Assembly (NCBI GenBank): GCA_946613265.1
Contig: CAMOFK010000005.1
Location: 1 to 60,997 of the forward strand
DNA: 60,997 nt
Source: an uncultured Verrucomicrobiota bacterium
GTDB taxonomy: Bacteria; Verrucomicrobiota; Kiritimatiellia; RFP12; UBA1067
Direction: 5' to 3'
Made by a program: the position numbers and the translations under genes
Notes under the pieces: model-generated
Told to the model about the DNA's origin: nothing
Seen by the model: the letters and a program-made list of their open reading frames with translations, nothing else
Databases searched by the model: none
Shown: in pieces, positions 37,211 to 53,086 of the stretch
How the letters are laid out: each line of letters opens with the position of its first letter
Position numbering within the stretch: position 1 is the stretch's first letter

Positions 37211-38411
37211 TCGCGCCCTTCCTTTCCAGAACGGCGAGAGTCTCGAAGCGCGCCGTGCGCGGAAACATGTCGAACCACTTCAACGCCTTCACGGCGTACG
37301 CGCCGCCGAGCGCGCGGACGTCGCGCACGAGCGTCGCGGGATCGCAACTCGCGTAGAGTATCCGCGGCGCCTTGCCGCGCAAAAGCGCTTTCACCACGCC
37401 CGGCTCCATCCCGGAACGCGGCGGATCCACAATGACGGTCGTCCTGGCGCCGAGCGGCAGCCGCCTGACCGCGTGCGCGGCCTGGTCCATGGAGAAGCGC
37501 GCGTCCGGGCGTCCGAGGGCGGCCGCGTTGCGCTTCGCGAACTCCACGGCCGCCTTCCCGGATTCCACGCCCCAAAGGCGCGGCGGACGGCACGTCAGCC
37601 CTAGCACGCCCACGCCGCAATAGAGATCGACGACATCAGGAGCGACCGCGGCGCCGCGCGCGTATTCCTCGGCGACAGCCGCGTACATCGCTTCGGCGAC
37701 ATCGGGGTTCATCTGCCAGAAGCCGTCCGCGGGGACTTCGAAAATCTTCCCGCACGCCTGCTCTTTCATTACGATGCCGGTAGGCGCCTTCTCGCCTATC
37801 CACCACTTTACGCCGCTCGCGCGGCTCCAGCGCACCGTGAGATTGCCGGCGGAGCCGACATCGCGGCGCACGGCCGCCGCGCCTTGCGTCAGAAGCGCGA
37901 ACGCATTGCGGCGGATTTCGCCGAGCGCCGCGTTTATCTCCGGGCGCGCCAGCGGATCCTGCACGATGTCCACGATTTCGTGGGAAGGCTCGCGGCGATA
38001 GCCGAGCACGCGCTCGCCGCGCCGCGTCGTCCCGAAATGATAGACGACCTTGTTGCGGTAGTTCAGCGCGCCATCGCCGCCCAGCCGCACCGGCCCGGAC
38101 TCGACGCCGATGCGCGCGCGCTCGAAGAACCCTTTCAGCTGCTCCTCCTTCGCCGCAAGCTCCGCCTTGCGCGAGAGATTCGCGTACACCATTCCCGGCA
38201 CGGGGCACTCGCCCGTCCCCGTGCGGTCCTTCGAAGGTTCAACTATTTCTACAAGCCGCGCGCGGACGAAATGCTTCTTCTCTTCGACGATTTCGGCCTT
38301 GACCTGCTCGCCGGCGAATGCGCCCGGCACGAAGACGACGCGGCCGTCGCCGAGCCTCCCCAGCCCGTCGCCGCCATATACCGTCTTCGCGATATATACC
38401 GTCGAAGTCAT
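37203..38411 (-). CDS. TRAM-domain, TrmA/RumA-family SAM-dependent RNA (uracil-5-)-methyltransferase
   Basis: The start ATG 38411 overlaps the upstream stop as ATGA. YGGDGLGRL..GRVVFVPGAFAGEQV is the TRAM domain. DLYCGVGVLGL is the SAM-binding motif. IVDPPRSG and ILYASCDPATLVRD carry the catalytic Cys. Confidence 0.8.
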   Translation of the reverse strand: MTSTVYIAKTVYGGDGLGRLGDGRVVFVPGAFAGEQVKAEIVEEKKHFVRARLVEIVEPSKDRTGTGECPVPGMVYANLSRKAELAAKEEQLKGFFERARIGVESGPVRLGGDGALNYRNKVVYHFGTTRRGERVLGYRREPSHEIVDIVQDPLARPEINAALGEIRRNAFALLTQGAAAVRRDVGSAGNLTVRWSRASGVKWWIGEKAPTGIVMKEQACGKIFEVPADGFWQMNPDVAEAMYAAVAEEYARGAAVAPDVVDLYCGVGVLGLTCRPPRLWGVESGKAAVEFAKRNAAALGRPDARFSMDQAAHAVRRLPLGARTTVIVDPPRSGMEPGVVKALLRGKAPRILYASCDPATLVRDVRALGGAYAVKALKWFDMFPRTARFETLAVLERKGANG

Positions 38412-38785
38412 ATGCCGCGCGCCGCCGTCCTGGCTATGTTGCGCTGCAGGCGCTCGACCCACTGCACGTACTTGCGGTTGGGGATGTTGCTCGAAACCGG
38501 ATGCAGAGAATAATGCGTCGCGTCGAGGATCGTCGCGCGCACGACTACGAGGTTGCTGCGCTGGGAAATCGTCAGGCGCAGTGTGCTCTCGTCCAGCTCC
38601 TCGATCTTCCAATCGTGCGGCGCGCCTATCATGATCGCCTTCTTCAGCGAAAAGCCATCCTGCAACATGACGGCGATATTCTCATATGCCGGCGGCGGTG
38701 TTGTATCCGGCTCGCGGAATAGCGCGCAGCCTGCGAATACCGCGGCAAACGCCGCTGCGAATAGTGCCATTGCTGTCTTTTTCAT
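38408..38785 (-). CDS. Small lipoprotein, function unknown
   Basis: MKKTAMALFAAAFAAVFAGC has a lipobox (FAG|C). GGAGGA lies 7 nt upstream and a TGGTATAAT motif sits at 38810-38818. Start placed at ATG 38785. Confidence 0.65.
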   Translation of the reverse strand: MKKTAMALFAAAFAAVFAGCALFREPDTTPPPAYENIAVMLQDGFSLKKAIMIGAPHDWKIEELDESTLRLTISQRSNLVVVRATILDATHYSLHPVSSNIPNRKYVQWVERLQRNIARTAARGI

Positions 38786-38809
38786 TTCTGTCCTCCTCTG
38801 ATGCCGTGT

Positions 38810-38818
38810 ATTATACCA
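38810..38818 (-). promoter_or_regulatory. Extended -10 promoter (TGGTATAAT) for the lipoprotein / methyltransferase / fumarase gene string
   Basis: Plus-strand attataccaaaaattt lies 25 nt upstream of ATG 38785, with GGAGGA in between. Confidence 0.55.
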
Positions 38819-39137
38819 AAAATTTCCGGCATTCGCGCCACGCGACGCCAAAGGATCCTTTCCCGGGCTCCAATCCGCCACCTCCAGCATCGGGAGGGAC
38901 ACGCTTTCGGCCATTCACAGGCCGGATGGGCCGGCGACGGGCGTCGGTCGGAAACTGGCGGGCGTCGCAAGGTGCGGCGACGCCTGCAATCTGGCAAAGC
39001 GACCTGCGCAGGGGCGATTATCCTCAGGCGTCACCCGGAGCGGCGACAGGCGTGGGGTTGGGAACGACGCCCGTCACTTGGCTAATGGATACGGAAAGAG
39101 CCAGGCGCCCCCGGCGCGCCGGAAGAGCGGCGTGCCG

Positions 39138-44510
<5,373 letters not shown>

Positions 44511-44596
44511 GTAACGCCGGATCTCACTGCATCCTTCCAGAATTCCCGCCACGCATTGCTTTCCGCCTCTAAAAACCCCTTCTGCATCCGGCTTAT

Positions 44597-44605
44597 ATTA
44601 TAGCA
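44597..44605 (-). promoter_or_regulatory. Extended -10 promoter (TGCTATAAT) for the 1790-aa giant protein gene
   Basis: Plus-strand attatagca lies between the CesT-like stop (44685) and the giant gene start (44510 or 44552). Confidence 0.5.
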
Positions 44606-44684
44606 TATCTGGCGGCATGCCGCGCATGCGGTTTACAGGCTTTCGCAATCCGCCCTTCCGGGATGGCGGCGCCCTTGCGAAGCG

Positions 44685-45143
44685 TCAAATGCTGATCATG
44701 TTGCCGCGTTCGCCGTTTTGGCCGTCGCCGGACTCTTTAAGTCTCTCCGCCCAGCCGTCGCAGAGCGCGACGATCCTCTCGAGCACATTGACGAAAGCGC
44801 CGGGATCGGCGGCGGCCTCGTCGAAATCAAAATAGTAGTTATAGACGAGCGTGCCGGTGGATTTTTCCAGCGCGAAGAATCCCCCGGCCGTCTCGGCGCC
44901 GAAAAGTCCGGCCGCCAGCAGCTCGCGATACACCGCGCAAGGCGTCTCCGGGCCTAGCGTGGCGATTTCGACGAAGCAGAGGATCTTGCCTGCCGGCGCG
45001 AGGTACTGGAGGCTCAGAGTGTACTTTTCGTCGATGCCCAGCGTGACCAGTCCCGTCTCGCCCGGCGTGAAGCCGTCGATTCCGGTAGCTTTGCGGACTT
45101 CGCCGAGGAATGCTTCGTAGTCTTTGTCGTTTGCGCCTTTCAT
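44685..45143 (-). CDS. CesT/SycE-type (type III secretion chaperone-like) small acidic protein
   Basis: 152 aa. FLGEVRKATGIDGFTPGETGLVTLGIDEKYTLSLQY..., then YRELLAAGLFGAETAGGFFALEKSTGTLVYNYYFDFD and FVNVLERIVALCDGWAERL. This matches the layout of CesT-family chaperones. The assignment rests on the sequence pattern only. Confidence 0.6.
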   Translation of the reverse strand: MKGANDKDYEAFLGEVRKATGIDGFTPGETGLVTLGIDEKYTLSLQYLAPAGKILCFVEIATLGPETPCAVYRELLAAGLFGAETAGGFFALEKSTGTLVYNYYFDFDEAAADPGAFVNVLERIVALCDGWAERLKESGDGQNGERGNMISI

Positions 45144-45230
45144 GTCGTTTCTCTAGTCGTTTCGCGTTTGATCGTTCAGAAAACCTTCGCGCCTGCGCGC
45201 CGCGGACGCCGTTGCGGCACGGGATGGGCG

Positions 45231-45782
45231 TCAAGAAACGCGCGGTCGCGCCGCTGCGAGTCTGTTCACGGCCTCAAAAATCTCCGCCGGGCTGGACATG
45301 CGGCCCTTGGCGTTCGTTCCGCACGCGAGGAAACCGGTCTCCGGGCCGATCACCTCAATGCCGCGCGCGGCTAGCGCGGCGATGTTTTCCTGCGTCGCGG
45401 GGTTCTCCCACATCCCCACGTTCATCGCCGGCGCCACGGCGACGGGCGCTTTCGTCGCCAGCAGCAGCGAAGAGAGGAGATTGTCGGCAATGCCGCAGCG
45501 CATCTTCGCGAGCGTGTTCGCGCTCGCCGGCGCCACGACGGCGACATCCGCCCAATCCGCGAGCGAAATGTGGCCCGGCTTCCAGCCGTCCGGCTGCGCG
45601 AAGGAATCGATCGAAACCGGATAGCGCGAAAGCGTCTGGAAGGTAAGCGGCGCGACGAACATGCACGCGGCGTCCGTCATCGCGACGCGGACTTCGTCGC
45701 CGGCATCGACGAACATTCTAACGAGTTCCGCCGCCTTGTAGGCGGCTATCGACCCCGTCACTCCCAAAAGAACATGCTTCAT
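45231..45782 (-). CDS. coaC: Phosphopantothenoylcysteine decarboxylase (stand-alone flavoprotein CoaC)
   Basis: MKHVLLGVTGSIAAYKAAELVR, VVAPASANTLAKMRCGIADNLL and PAMNVGMW match CoaC. At 183 aa it lacks a CoaB domain. Confidence 0.85.
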   Translation of the reverse strand: MKHVLLGVTGSIAAYKAAELVRMFVDAGDEVRVAMTDAACMFVAPLTFQTLSRYPVSIDSFAQPDGWKPGHISLADWADVAVVAPASANTLAKMRCGIADNLLSSLLLATKAPVAVAPAMNVGMWENPATQENIAALAARGIEVIGPETGFLACGTNAKGRMSSPAEIFEAVNRLAAARPRVS

Positions 45783-45828
45783 CTTTCTCCTTTCCCGTAA
45801 TGCGTTCGCCGCGCGTCTTCCCGCGCCG

Positions 45829-48615
45829 TCAGAGGAATTTGCCCGTCACGGACGCCGGGCACGCGCGAATCTTCTCCACCGGCCCTTCGCAGACGAGATT
45901 GCCGCCTGCATCGCCGCCGCCGGGCCCGAGATCGATTATCCAGTCCGCGCACTTCATGACGTCCGTATTGTGCTCGATAACGACGATCGTGTTGCCTTGG
46001 TCGCGCAGCGACAGCAGCAGCGCCATTAGCTTTGCGACATCGTCGAAATGCAGCCCCGTCGTAGGCTCGTCGAGGAGATACAGCGTGCGGCCGGTCGAGC
46101 GCCGCGAAAGCTCCGTCGCCAGTTTTATGCGCTGCGCTTCTCCTCCGGAGAGCGTCGTGGCGCTCTGCCCCAGCGCGATATACCCCAGCCCGACATCGGC
46201 AAGCGTCTGGAGCTTGCGCTGCAGCGTCGGCACGCGGGCGAAGAATTTCGCGGCTTCCGCCACTGTCATTTCGAGGACGTCGGCGATGGATTTCCCGCCG
46301 TACAGGACTTCGAGCGTCTCGGAGTTGAAGCGCTTGCCGCCGCATTGCTCGCACGTCACGAAAACATCGGGGAGGAAGCTCATTTCGAGCTTGCGCATGC
46401 CGTCGCCTCCGCAGGATTCGCAGCGGCCGCCTTTGACGTTGAAGGAGAAGCGGCCGGCCGTGTAGCCGCGCGCGCGCGCCGCCTCCGTCTTCGCGAACAG
46501 CTCGCGAATCTCCGAGAAGAACCCGACGTACGTGGCGGGATTGGAGCGCGGCGTGCGCCCGATCGGCGACTGGTCGATCTCGATCACCTTGTCGAAATTC
46601 TCCTGCCCGGTGATCTTGCGGAACGCGCCCGGCGCTTCCTTCGCATGGTAGAACTCGCGCATCAGCGCGCGCTTCAGGGTCTCGTCGATCAGCGTGGATT
46701 TCCCCGAACCGCTCACGCCGGTCACGACCGTGAAGGAACCGACGGGGATGTGCGCGGTTATATTCTTTAAATTGTGCTCGCGCGCGCCGTGGACGGTGAG
46801 AAATTTCGCCGGCCCTTTCGAAGGCTTGGAAGGTTTCGCCGGCGGCTTCACGGCGCGCCTCCCGGAGAGATAGTCCGCAGTGAGGGAATCCGCCTTCAAA
46901 AGCCCTTTGAAATCCCCCTGGTACATGACGCGCCCGCCTTCGCGCCCGGCGCCAGGCCCGAGATCGACGATGTAATCGGCGTTGCGCATCATCTCTTCGT
47001 CGTGTTCGACGATGACGACGGTGTTTCCGCGGTCGCGCAGATCCTTCAGCGTGGCGATCAGCCTGTCGTTGTCGCGCGGATGCAGGCCGATCGTCGGCTC
47101 GTCCAGAACGTACAAAACGCCCGTAAGCCCGGAGCCGATTTGCGTGGCGAGGCGGATGCGCTGCATCTCGCCGCCCGAAAGCGTGGCGGATGCGCGGTCC
47201 AGCGTCAGATAATCCAGCCCGACGTCGAGCAGGAACTGCTCGCGCCTGACGATTTCCTTGACCACTTCCGCGACAGGCGCGAACTCCCGCCCCTTCAAGG
47301 ATTTGAAGAAGGCGAGGGAATCCTTGACGCCGAGCGCCATCGCTTCGACGATCGTCTTGCCGGCGACGCGCGCGGCGCGCGCTTCTGGGCGCAGGCGCGC
47401 GCCCCCGCAATCCGGGCACGTGCGGAAATTCTGGTATGCCTCGTACTTCTGGCGGACTTCGTCGTCTTCCGCTTCGTCGAGCTTGCGCTGAAGCGCGGCC
47501 AGCACGCCTTCGAAGGGACGATCGACGCGCCGCCATTCAAGCACGAGATTGTCCTTGAAGCCGTGCATCAGGCCGTGCCGGAATGCCGCTGGCAGTTTTT
47601 CGTATGGCGTTGCGAGGCTCACGCGATACTGCGCGGCGATTCTCGCCAGCAGCTCCTTGTGGTAGAGTATCGCCATCTGGCCGCCGAGGCGCCGCCATGG
47701 ATGTATCGCCTCTTCGAGCGGCAGCGTGCGGTCGGGCACGACGAGATTTTCGTCGAAGTAGTAAAGCTGGCCCAGCCCCCCGCATGTCGGGCACGCGCCG
47801 AACGGAGAGTTGAACGAAAACGAGCGCGGCTTCAACTCCTCGAAAGATATGCCGCAATGCACGCATGCGTTCAGCTCGGAAAACACGGTGGAAGACGCCG
47901 GCTCGCCGGGCCGCTCCAGCTCCAGAATCCCCTTGCCGGCCTTGAGCGCTAGCTCCACGGAATCGGTCAAGCGCGTCTTGCCGGCCGGCAGCACGAGGCG
48001 ATCCACGACGACGTCGATGCTGTGGTTCTTCTTCTTGTCCAGCTCAGGTGGCTCGTCGAGATCGTAAAGCGCGCCATCCGCGCGGATGCGCGCGAAGCCT
48101 GCGCGCTTGAGCATCGCGAACACGTCCTCGTGGCGCCCCTTCTTGCCCTTGACGACCGGCGCGTAGATTATCGCCTTGCCGGGCGCCATCTTCATTATCG
48201 CTTCGACGATCTGCTCAGCGCTCTGCTTCGTGACCGGGCGGCCGCACTTCGGGCAGTGCGCATGCGACACCGAGCCGTAGAGCAATCGCAAGTAGTCGTG
48301 GATCTCCGTGACGGTAGCGACGATCGAGCGGGGATTGCCGCCCGTCGTGTGCTGCTCTATGGAAATCGCCGGCGAGAGGCCTTCGATCTTTTCGACGTCC
48401 GGCTTCTGCATGCGGTCGAGAAACTGGCGCGCGTACGCGCTGAGAGACTCCACGTACCGCCTTTGCCCTTCCGCATACAAAGTGTCGAAGGCGAGGGAGG
48501 ATTTGCCGGAGCCGGAAAGCCCGGTCACCACCGTGAGAGAATTGCGCGGTATCGTGACGTCGATCCCGCGGAGATTGTGGACGCGCGCGTTCTTTATTAT
48601 TATCGGTCCTGACAT
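45829..48615 (-). CDS. uvrA: Excinuclease ABC subunit A
   Basis: [54 protein letters not shown]. It also has two ABC modules and Zn-finger cysteines (CPKCG, CPTCGG, CPDCGG, CESCGG). Start placed at ATG 48615. Confidence 0.95.
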   Translation of the reverse strand: MSGPIIIKNARVHNLRGIDVTIPRNSLTVVTGLSGSGKSSLAFDTLYAEGQRRYVESLSAYARQFLDRMQKPDVEKIEGLSPAISIEQHTTGGNPRSIVATVTEIHDYLRLLYGSVSHAHCPKCGRPVTKQSAEQIVEAIMKMAPGKAIIYAPVVKGKKGRHEDVFAMLKRAGFARIRADGALYDLDEPPELDKKKNHSIDVVVDRLVLPAGKTRLTDSVELALKAGKGILELERPGEPASSTVFSELNACVHCGISFEELKPRSFSFNSPFGACPTCGGLGQLYYFDENLVVPDRTLPLEEAIHPWRRLGGQMAILYHKELLARIAAQYRVSLATPYEKLPAAFRHGLMHGFKDNLVLEWRRVDRPFEGVLAALQRKLDEAEDDEVRQKYEAYQNFRTCPDCGGARLRPEARAARVAGKTIVEAMALGVKDSLAFFKSLKGREFAPVAEVVKEIVRREQFLLDVGLDYLTLDRASATLSGGEMQRIRLATQIGSGLTGVLYVLDEPTIGLHPRDNDRLIATLKDLRDRGNTVVIVEHDEEMMRNADYIVDLGPGAGREGGRVMYQGDFKGLLKADSLTADYLSGRRAVKPPAKPSKPSKGPAKFLTVHGAREHNLKNITAHIPVGSFTVVTGVSGSGKSTLIDETLKRALMREFYHAKEAPGAFRKITGQENFDKVIEIDQSPIGRTPRSNPATYVGFFSEIRELFAKTEAARARGYTAGRFSFNVKGGRCESCGGDGMRKLEMSFLPDVFVTCEQCGGKRFNSETLEVLYGGKSIADVLEMTVAEAAKFFARVPTLQRKLQTLADVGLGYIALGQSATTLSGGEAQRIKLATELSRRSTGRTLYLLDEPTTGLHFDDVAKLMALLLSLRDQGNTIVVIEHNTDVMKCADWIIDLGPGGGDAGGNLVCEGPVEKIRACPASVTGKFL

Positions 48616-48689
48616 TGGAAACCCCGGATTGACTGATTCGCCGCCACTGGCCGGCGCCTTGCAACATCCAGCAAGCTTGCTTCGCCTCT

Positions 48690-51600
48690 TCACTGCGCAG
48701 GGACGATTTCCAGGCCGGCGAGGCCTTCGGCCGTCGCGTAGAATCTGCCGCCGGAAAGCATCCCTGCGAACTTCACCGTCTTGCCGACGAGACGCCCGTT
48801 TTCCACTCTCCAGAGTTTGAACGAGCCGCTTGCCGTCCCCTTCTTAGCAGCGTACGAAACGCGGAAGCGCGCGAGATTCGCCGGCGTCCTGCCGCTCGCG
48901 ATCTTCACGTATGAAAGCGGCGGAGAGAAGTTCTTGTCGAGCGCGATTTTCCCCGCTGTCTTCACCGCCTTCCACTTGCCGCCGCTCACGGTGAAGGCGG
49001 GGGCGAGCGCCGGCGTCGCCGCCACCTGGTCGAGTTCGGTGCGCTCCAGCCAGTATTGTCCGTCGACCGCCTCGAAAGCGAGGCTGTAAACGCCGTCGGC
49101 GAGATTCGCGAGCGGCGCGGCGCTCGCCAGCTTCCACGCGCCGTTGCCGTTCGCATCCACCGACGCCGTCGCGTCTTTCTCGATCCACACGACGAAGCCG
49201 ATGCCGTTCTTCGCATTGACGACGGGTATTGCGAAAGCCTTGTCTTCGGCCAGCACGCCCTGCGAAGAAATCGAAACCCTCTTGCGCCCGGGAAGCGTGC
49301 CTGCGAGTTTCGCCTTGCCCTTCTTCGAGACCGTCAGCGTGAAAAGCGCGTAGTCGCCGCCGGCATCGAACACGAGCGTCCAGACGCCTTGCGGCATTTC
49401 CGCCGTGAGCGCGTGGCCGGCCGTCCCCGCCTTCGACTTCGAGAAGTCGCGCGCGGCTTCCACGGCCATGCCCTGGAAAGTCCCGCCGAGCGCCAGCTCG
49501 CCGTAGATTATGCCGAATTCGTCGACGTTGTTGCCGCCTGTCGCGACGACCGTACGGTAAACGGATTTGCCGCCACCAAGCCACGTGGCGGTGATCGTGG
49601 ATTTCACCGTCGCCGCCCCCTTGGAAGCTTTTGTCGCGACTTTCAGGAGCGCGCGAATCTCGCCGCTTTGTTTGTCGCGCAGCCAGCCGTTGTACGTAGC
49701 GGCAGCCGCGCCGGTAAATTCGCCCGCCGCCTGAATCCCCGAAGGCAGCAGAGAACGCGACGCGCCGCCGGATTCATCGTCCTCGGCCGCTTTCCATAGC
49801 GCGGTCAGCACGACGAGCGCGCCGTCTTCCGCAGCGAGATTCGCGACTTGCGCGCCGTCGGCGAATACCGCGCCGTCCTGCGCCGACCATCCGGCGAATA
49901 CATGGCCTTCGCGCGCGAATGCGTTCGCAGGCAGCGCGGCGGACGCGTCGAACTCCAGCGTCAGATCGTCCATCGCGCCAGCGCCTTCGCCCGGCGCGAA
50001 ACGTATCGTGTAGGAGATGGGCTTCCAGACGGCGCAAAGCGTCACTTGCGCGCCGTCGTCCGTCGCCAGGTTCGCGATCTCCCCGCCGTCGGCGAAAACG
50101 GCTTCGCCGTCTGGCGTCTTCGCCCAGCCAGCGAATGAATAGCCCGTGCGCGAGAAGGCGTTGCGCGGCAGCGCCGCGCTCTCGTAGTACTCGAGAGAAA
50201 GCGGCGGCATCTCGCCTTCGCCGCCATTGGCCGCGAACGCGACGGTATAGGCGACGGGCTGCCATATCGCGACGAACTCGAACGTCGCGCCGTCCTCTTC
50301 GCTGAGATTGGATACCGTCGCGCCATCGGCATACACGATTTCGCCGGAGCGCCATCCGGCGAATTTGCAGCCTGTCTTCGCGAAGGCGTTCTTCGCCAGC
50401 GTCTCTTCCTTGCCGTAGGAAAGGGTTTGATCGGGCATTTCACCCGTCGCGCCTTCGCCGCCGGTGTAGCGGATCGTGCAGGTGTTCGCCTTCCACTGCG
50501 CGGAAAGAACGGTGTCGGCGGCGATGGCGTCCGTGCATTCGCGGTCGCCGTAGCAAGCCGCGGTGGAGGCGTCGAGCCAATGCGAGAAGGCGTAGCCGGC
50601 GCGCGTAAATCTGTTGCGCGGCAATGTGCCGTAATCGCCGACGTAGAACTCAGCGTTGGTCATCACGCCGACGCCGCCGTTCGCGTCGAAAGAAACATTG
50701 ATCCGCCCGTCCGGAATCCACTCGATGCCGCCGATGAATACGGTCTGCCACTGCGAATTCACCTCGAACTCCAGCAGCGTCGCGCCGCCGTCCGCAGGCT
50801 CGATGCGCACGCTGTACGCCGCCAGATTCGTGGGGCACTGCGGCGAAACCGCCTCGACGGTTACTGCGTTGGTCTTGAAGAACAAGCCGTATTCGTTGGA
50901 GGAAGGCATTCCGATTCCAGGCGTCGCCCCTGCCTGCACGAAAGGCAAATCCGAGAATGCGCGGAAGTTCAGCGTCCCGGAGCCGTAGATATTGGCCTGG
51001 AGTGCCGTCCGCCCGCCTCTGGGGAATGCGATCATCGCTGCGCCGTCTGCTTCCGCGACATCGTTGGTGGCGAGGCATCCGGAATCTCCAGCGCGAAGCT
51101 TCAGCGCGACATCGCTGCCGATCGCGTACCCGAAGTCGTCCGTCGAACGCTCCCATAGCGCGTCAAGCTCTACGACGCCGCCGTCTGTCGCGGAGAGCTT
51201 TGCGACTTCTTCGCAATCCGCATATGCCGCGACATCCGAAACATCGTTCGTCGCCCATCCTGCGAAAATCCATGCGTCTGTCTTGCCGCGCTTGAAGGCG
51301 TTTGGCGCCAGCGCCTGCGGGACGTCGTAGATGAAAGACTGCGCATCCATGCGCCCTTGCGCAGGCCCGGGATAGAAGACGACGCGATATTCGTTTGTCT
51401 TATAGAGCGCCGATGCGGCGAAGTTCTCCGTGACGCTCTCAATATCCCTGCTCCAGCCAAGGAAGGTATGGCCCGTCCAGGAATCAAGCTCCGCGGCGGA
51501 CGGCGGCACCGCGGCGTCCCGCTCGAAGACTTGCTGGCTTGCGGAGACGGCTTCGCCTTCCGCGCCGCGCCGCCAGTCCAATGCGACAGTATAGATCGCT

Positions 51601-53009
51601 TTCGGCTCCCAGCGCGCGCGCAGGATCGTTATGTCGTCGCGCGCGACCTCGTCGCCGGTCTTGATTTGGATGCTAGTCCCCGTCTCTGCGGCGTCCGTCC
51701 ACCATCCGCGGAACCATGCGTCGCGGCGCGCCAGTTCCGGCAGCGAATATTTCTCGTCGATATATGCGACGATGGAACCTGCCGCGCCGGGCGGATCGAA
51801 GACGGGTTGATACTGCGCATCCTCCGGAGTCGCCGCATCAAGCGCAATCGTCATCGGGCGCTTCTCCCAGACGCCGTAGAGACGGATCGCCGCGCCATCC
51901 GCCGCGACGCCGAGCGCGCGCCCCGAAGGCGAAAGCATCTGCCCCGGCGCGAAATCCGCGCGCGCCGCGGCGCTGGAAAGCGCCCACCCTGCGAACTCGC
52001 AGCCCGTGCGCTTCCACGCCGCCGGCGCAGATGCAAGCGCAGCTGCGGACGAATACGAAAGCGTCGCGCCGGGCGGCGCGGCGGGCGCCCCGGAGCAGTT
52101 CCAATCGTAGCCGAGGGTATATGAGAATTCTTTCCAATGCGCGTAGAGTGTGGTTATGTCGTCGCGCGCGACTTCCGAGCCGTCGGCTATCTTCTCGCCG
52201 CCGTCAGGCGCCGTGAACCATCCGAGGAAATCGCATCCTTCGCGCACTGGCGTGCCGAGCGCGTACTTGTCGCCGATATAGACGGTGACGGCGCTTTGCG
52301 GCGCGACGCCGCCGCGCGCATCCAGTGCGATCGCCATGGGCCGCTTCTCCCAAACCGCGTAAAGAACGATTTGCGCGTTCTCCGCGGCGCCGAACGCGGC
52401 GCCGGCGTTCTCCACCGTAGCGCCCGCGGCATACGCCGCAGCGCCTGCGGAAGACGTCGCCCAGCCCTTGAATTCGCAGCCCGCCGGCGTTTCGCTCCAG
52501 AGGGAATCCGGGCTTGCCAGCGTCACGCTGTTTGTATAGGAGAGCGCAACGGCGCCGAAGTTTCCGCTGTGGCGCGAATCGTTCGCGTTGTAGGCGAGAG
52601 TCCAGGAATACCACTTGAAGCTCGGCGCGAGATAGAATGCGCCCGTCGTTGTCTCCACGCCGGCGACGTCTATGCCGCGCGCCGTGATCGTCGTGCCGTA
52701 ATACGTGCAGGACGGCGAAAACGTTTCGAGGTTCGCGGCGTATATCATTTCACGCGCGGAGAAGAGCAGCCACTTCTCCACTCCGTGGCCTTCCGGGGGG
52801 ATGGCGGTGAACTGCGTCTCGATGTTCGGGCCGAACATCGCCGGGTACGCCGATGGCGTGGTCACGACCGCGCCGCCGCTCTGCGCCGCCTTCAGCACGC
52901 CGTCGAGATAGTAGTATGTAAACGGCGCCAGAGTCGTCGCGTGCGCCGCGATCGCGAATATCGCAGCCGCGGCGGCGCAAAACCTCTTCAGTCCATTTGC
53001 CATGGCCAA
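48690..53009 (-). CDS. Giant secreted protein (1439 aa) with ~10 Listeria-Bacteroides (InlB B-type / Flg_new) repeats and an uncharacterised ~400-aa C-terminal region
   Basis: Signal peptide [24 protein letters not shown]. The repeated F.GW...LYA.W modules include [68 protein letters not shown] and [17 protein letters not shown]. Confidence 0.8.
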   Translation of the reverse strand: MAMANGLKRFCAAAAAIFAIAAHATTLAPFTYYYLDGVLKAAQSGGAVVTTPSAYPAMFGPNIETQFTAIPPEGHGVEKWLLFSAREMIYAANLETFSPSCTYYGTTITARGIDVAGVETTTGAFYLAPSFKWYSWTLAYNANDSRHSGNFGAVALSYTNSVTLASPDSLWSETPAGCEFKGWATSSAGAAAYAAGATVENAGAAFGAAENAQIVLYAVWEKRPMAIALDARGGVAPQSAVTVYIGDKYALGTPVREGCDFLGWFTAPDGGEKIADGSEVARDDITTLYAHWKEFSYTLGYDWNCSGAPAAPPGATLSYSSAAALASAPAAWKRTGCEFAGWALSSAAARADFAPGQMLSPSGRALGVAADGAAIRLYGVWEKRPMTIALDAATPEDAQYQPVFDPPGAAGSIVAYIDEKYSLPELARRDAWFRGWWTDAAETGTSIQIKTGDEVARDDITILRARWEPKAIYTVALDWRRGAEGEAVSASQQVFERDAAVPPSAAELDSWTGHTFLGWSRDIESVTENFAASALYKTNEYRVVFYPGPAQGRMDAQSFIYDVPQALAPNAFKRGKTDAWIFAGWATNDVSDVAAYADCEEVAKLSATDGGVVELDALWERSTDDFGYAIGSDVALKLRAGDSGCLATNDVAEADGAAMIAFPRGGRTALQANIYGSGTLNFRAFSDLPFVQAGATPGIGMPSSNEYGLFFKTNAVTVEAVSPQCPTNLAAYSVRIEPADGGATLLEFEVNSQWQTVFIGGIEWIPDGRINVSFDANGGVGVMTNAEFYVGDYGTLPRNRFTRAGYAFSHWLDASTAACYGDRECTDAIAADTVLSAQWKANTCTIRYTGGEGATGEMPDQTLSYGKEETLAKNAFAKTGCKFAGWRSGEIVYADGATVSNLSEEDGATFEFVAIWQPVAYTVAFAANGGEGEMPPLSLEYYESAALPRNAFSRTGYSFAGWAKTPDGEAVFADGGEIANLATDDGAQVTLCAVWKPISYTIRFAPGEGAGAMDDLTLEFDASAALPANAFAREGHVFAGWSAQDGAVFADGAQVANLAAEDGALVVLTALWKAAEDDESGGASRSLLPSGIQAAGEFTGAAAATYNGWLRDKQSGEIRALLKVATKASKGAATVKSTITATWLGGGKSVYRTVVATGGNNVDEFGIIYGELALGGTFQGMAVEAARDFSKSKAGTAGHALTAEMPQGVWTLVFDAGGDYALFTLTVSKKGKAKLAGTLPGRKRVSISSQGVLAEDKAFAIPVVNAKNGIGFVVWIEKDATASVDANGNGAWKLASAAPLANLADGVYSLAFEAVDGQYWLERTELDQVAATPALAPAFTVSGGKWKAVKTAGKIALDKNFSPPLSYVKIASGRTPANLARFRVSYAAKKGTASGSFKLWRVENGRLVGKTVKFAGMLSGGRFYATAEGLAGLEIVPAQ

Positions 53010-53086
53010 CTCCTTCCGTTTTCAAACGCTGTGCTTCCGCCGGGAACCCGAAGCTGGGCGAAGGCGCGCTCCCGCGGCGCGCCCGC

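Noticed and set aside
38915-39137. Cluster of short GCGAC/GTCGC-containing palindromes downstream of the giant gene, possibly related to the 22-bp array
   Set aside because: One 8-bp-stem hairpin (ggcgtcgc..gcgacgcc) is real. The shared pentamer, however, is expected by chance in GC-rich DNA, and there is no regular spacing.
44685-45143. Calling the locus a type III secretion system
   Set aside because: Only a chaperone-like gene is present. No sct or flagellar export genes occur in the window, so I report it as an orphan chaperone-like gene and not as a secretion system.
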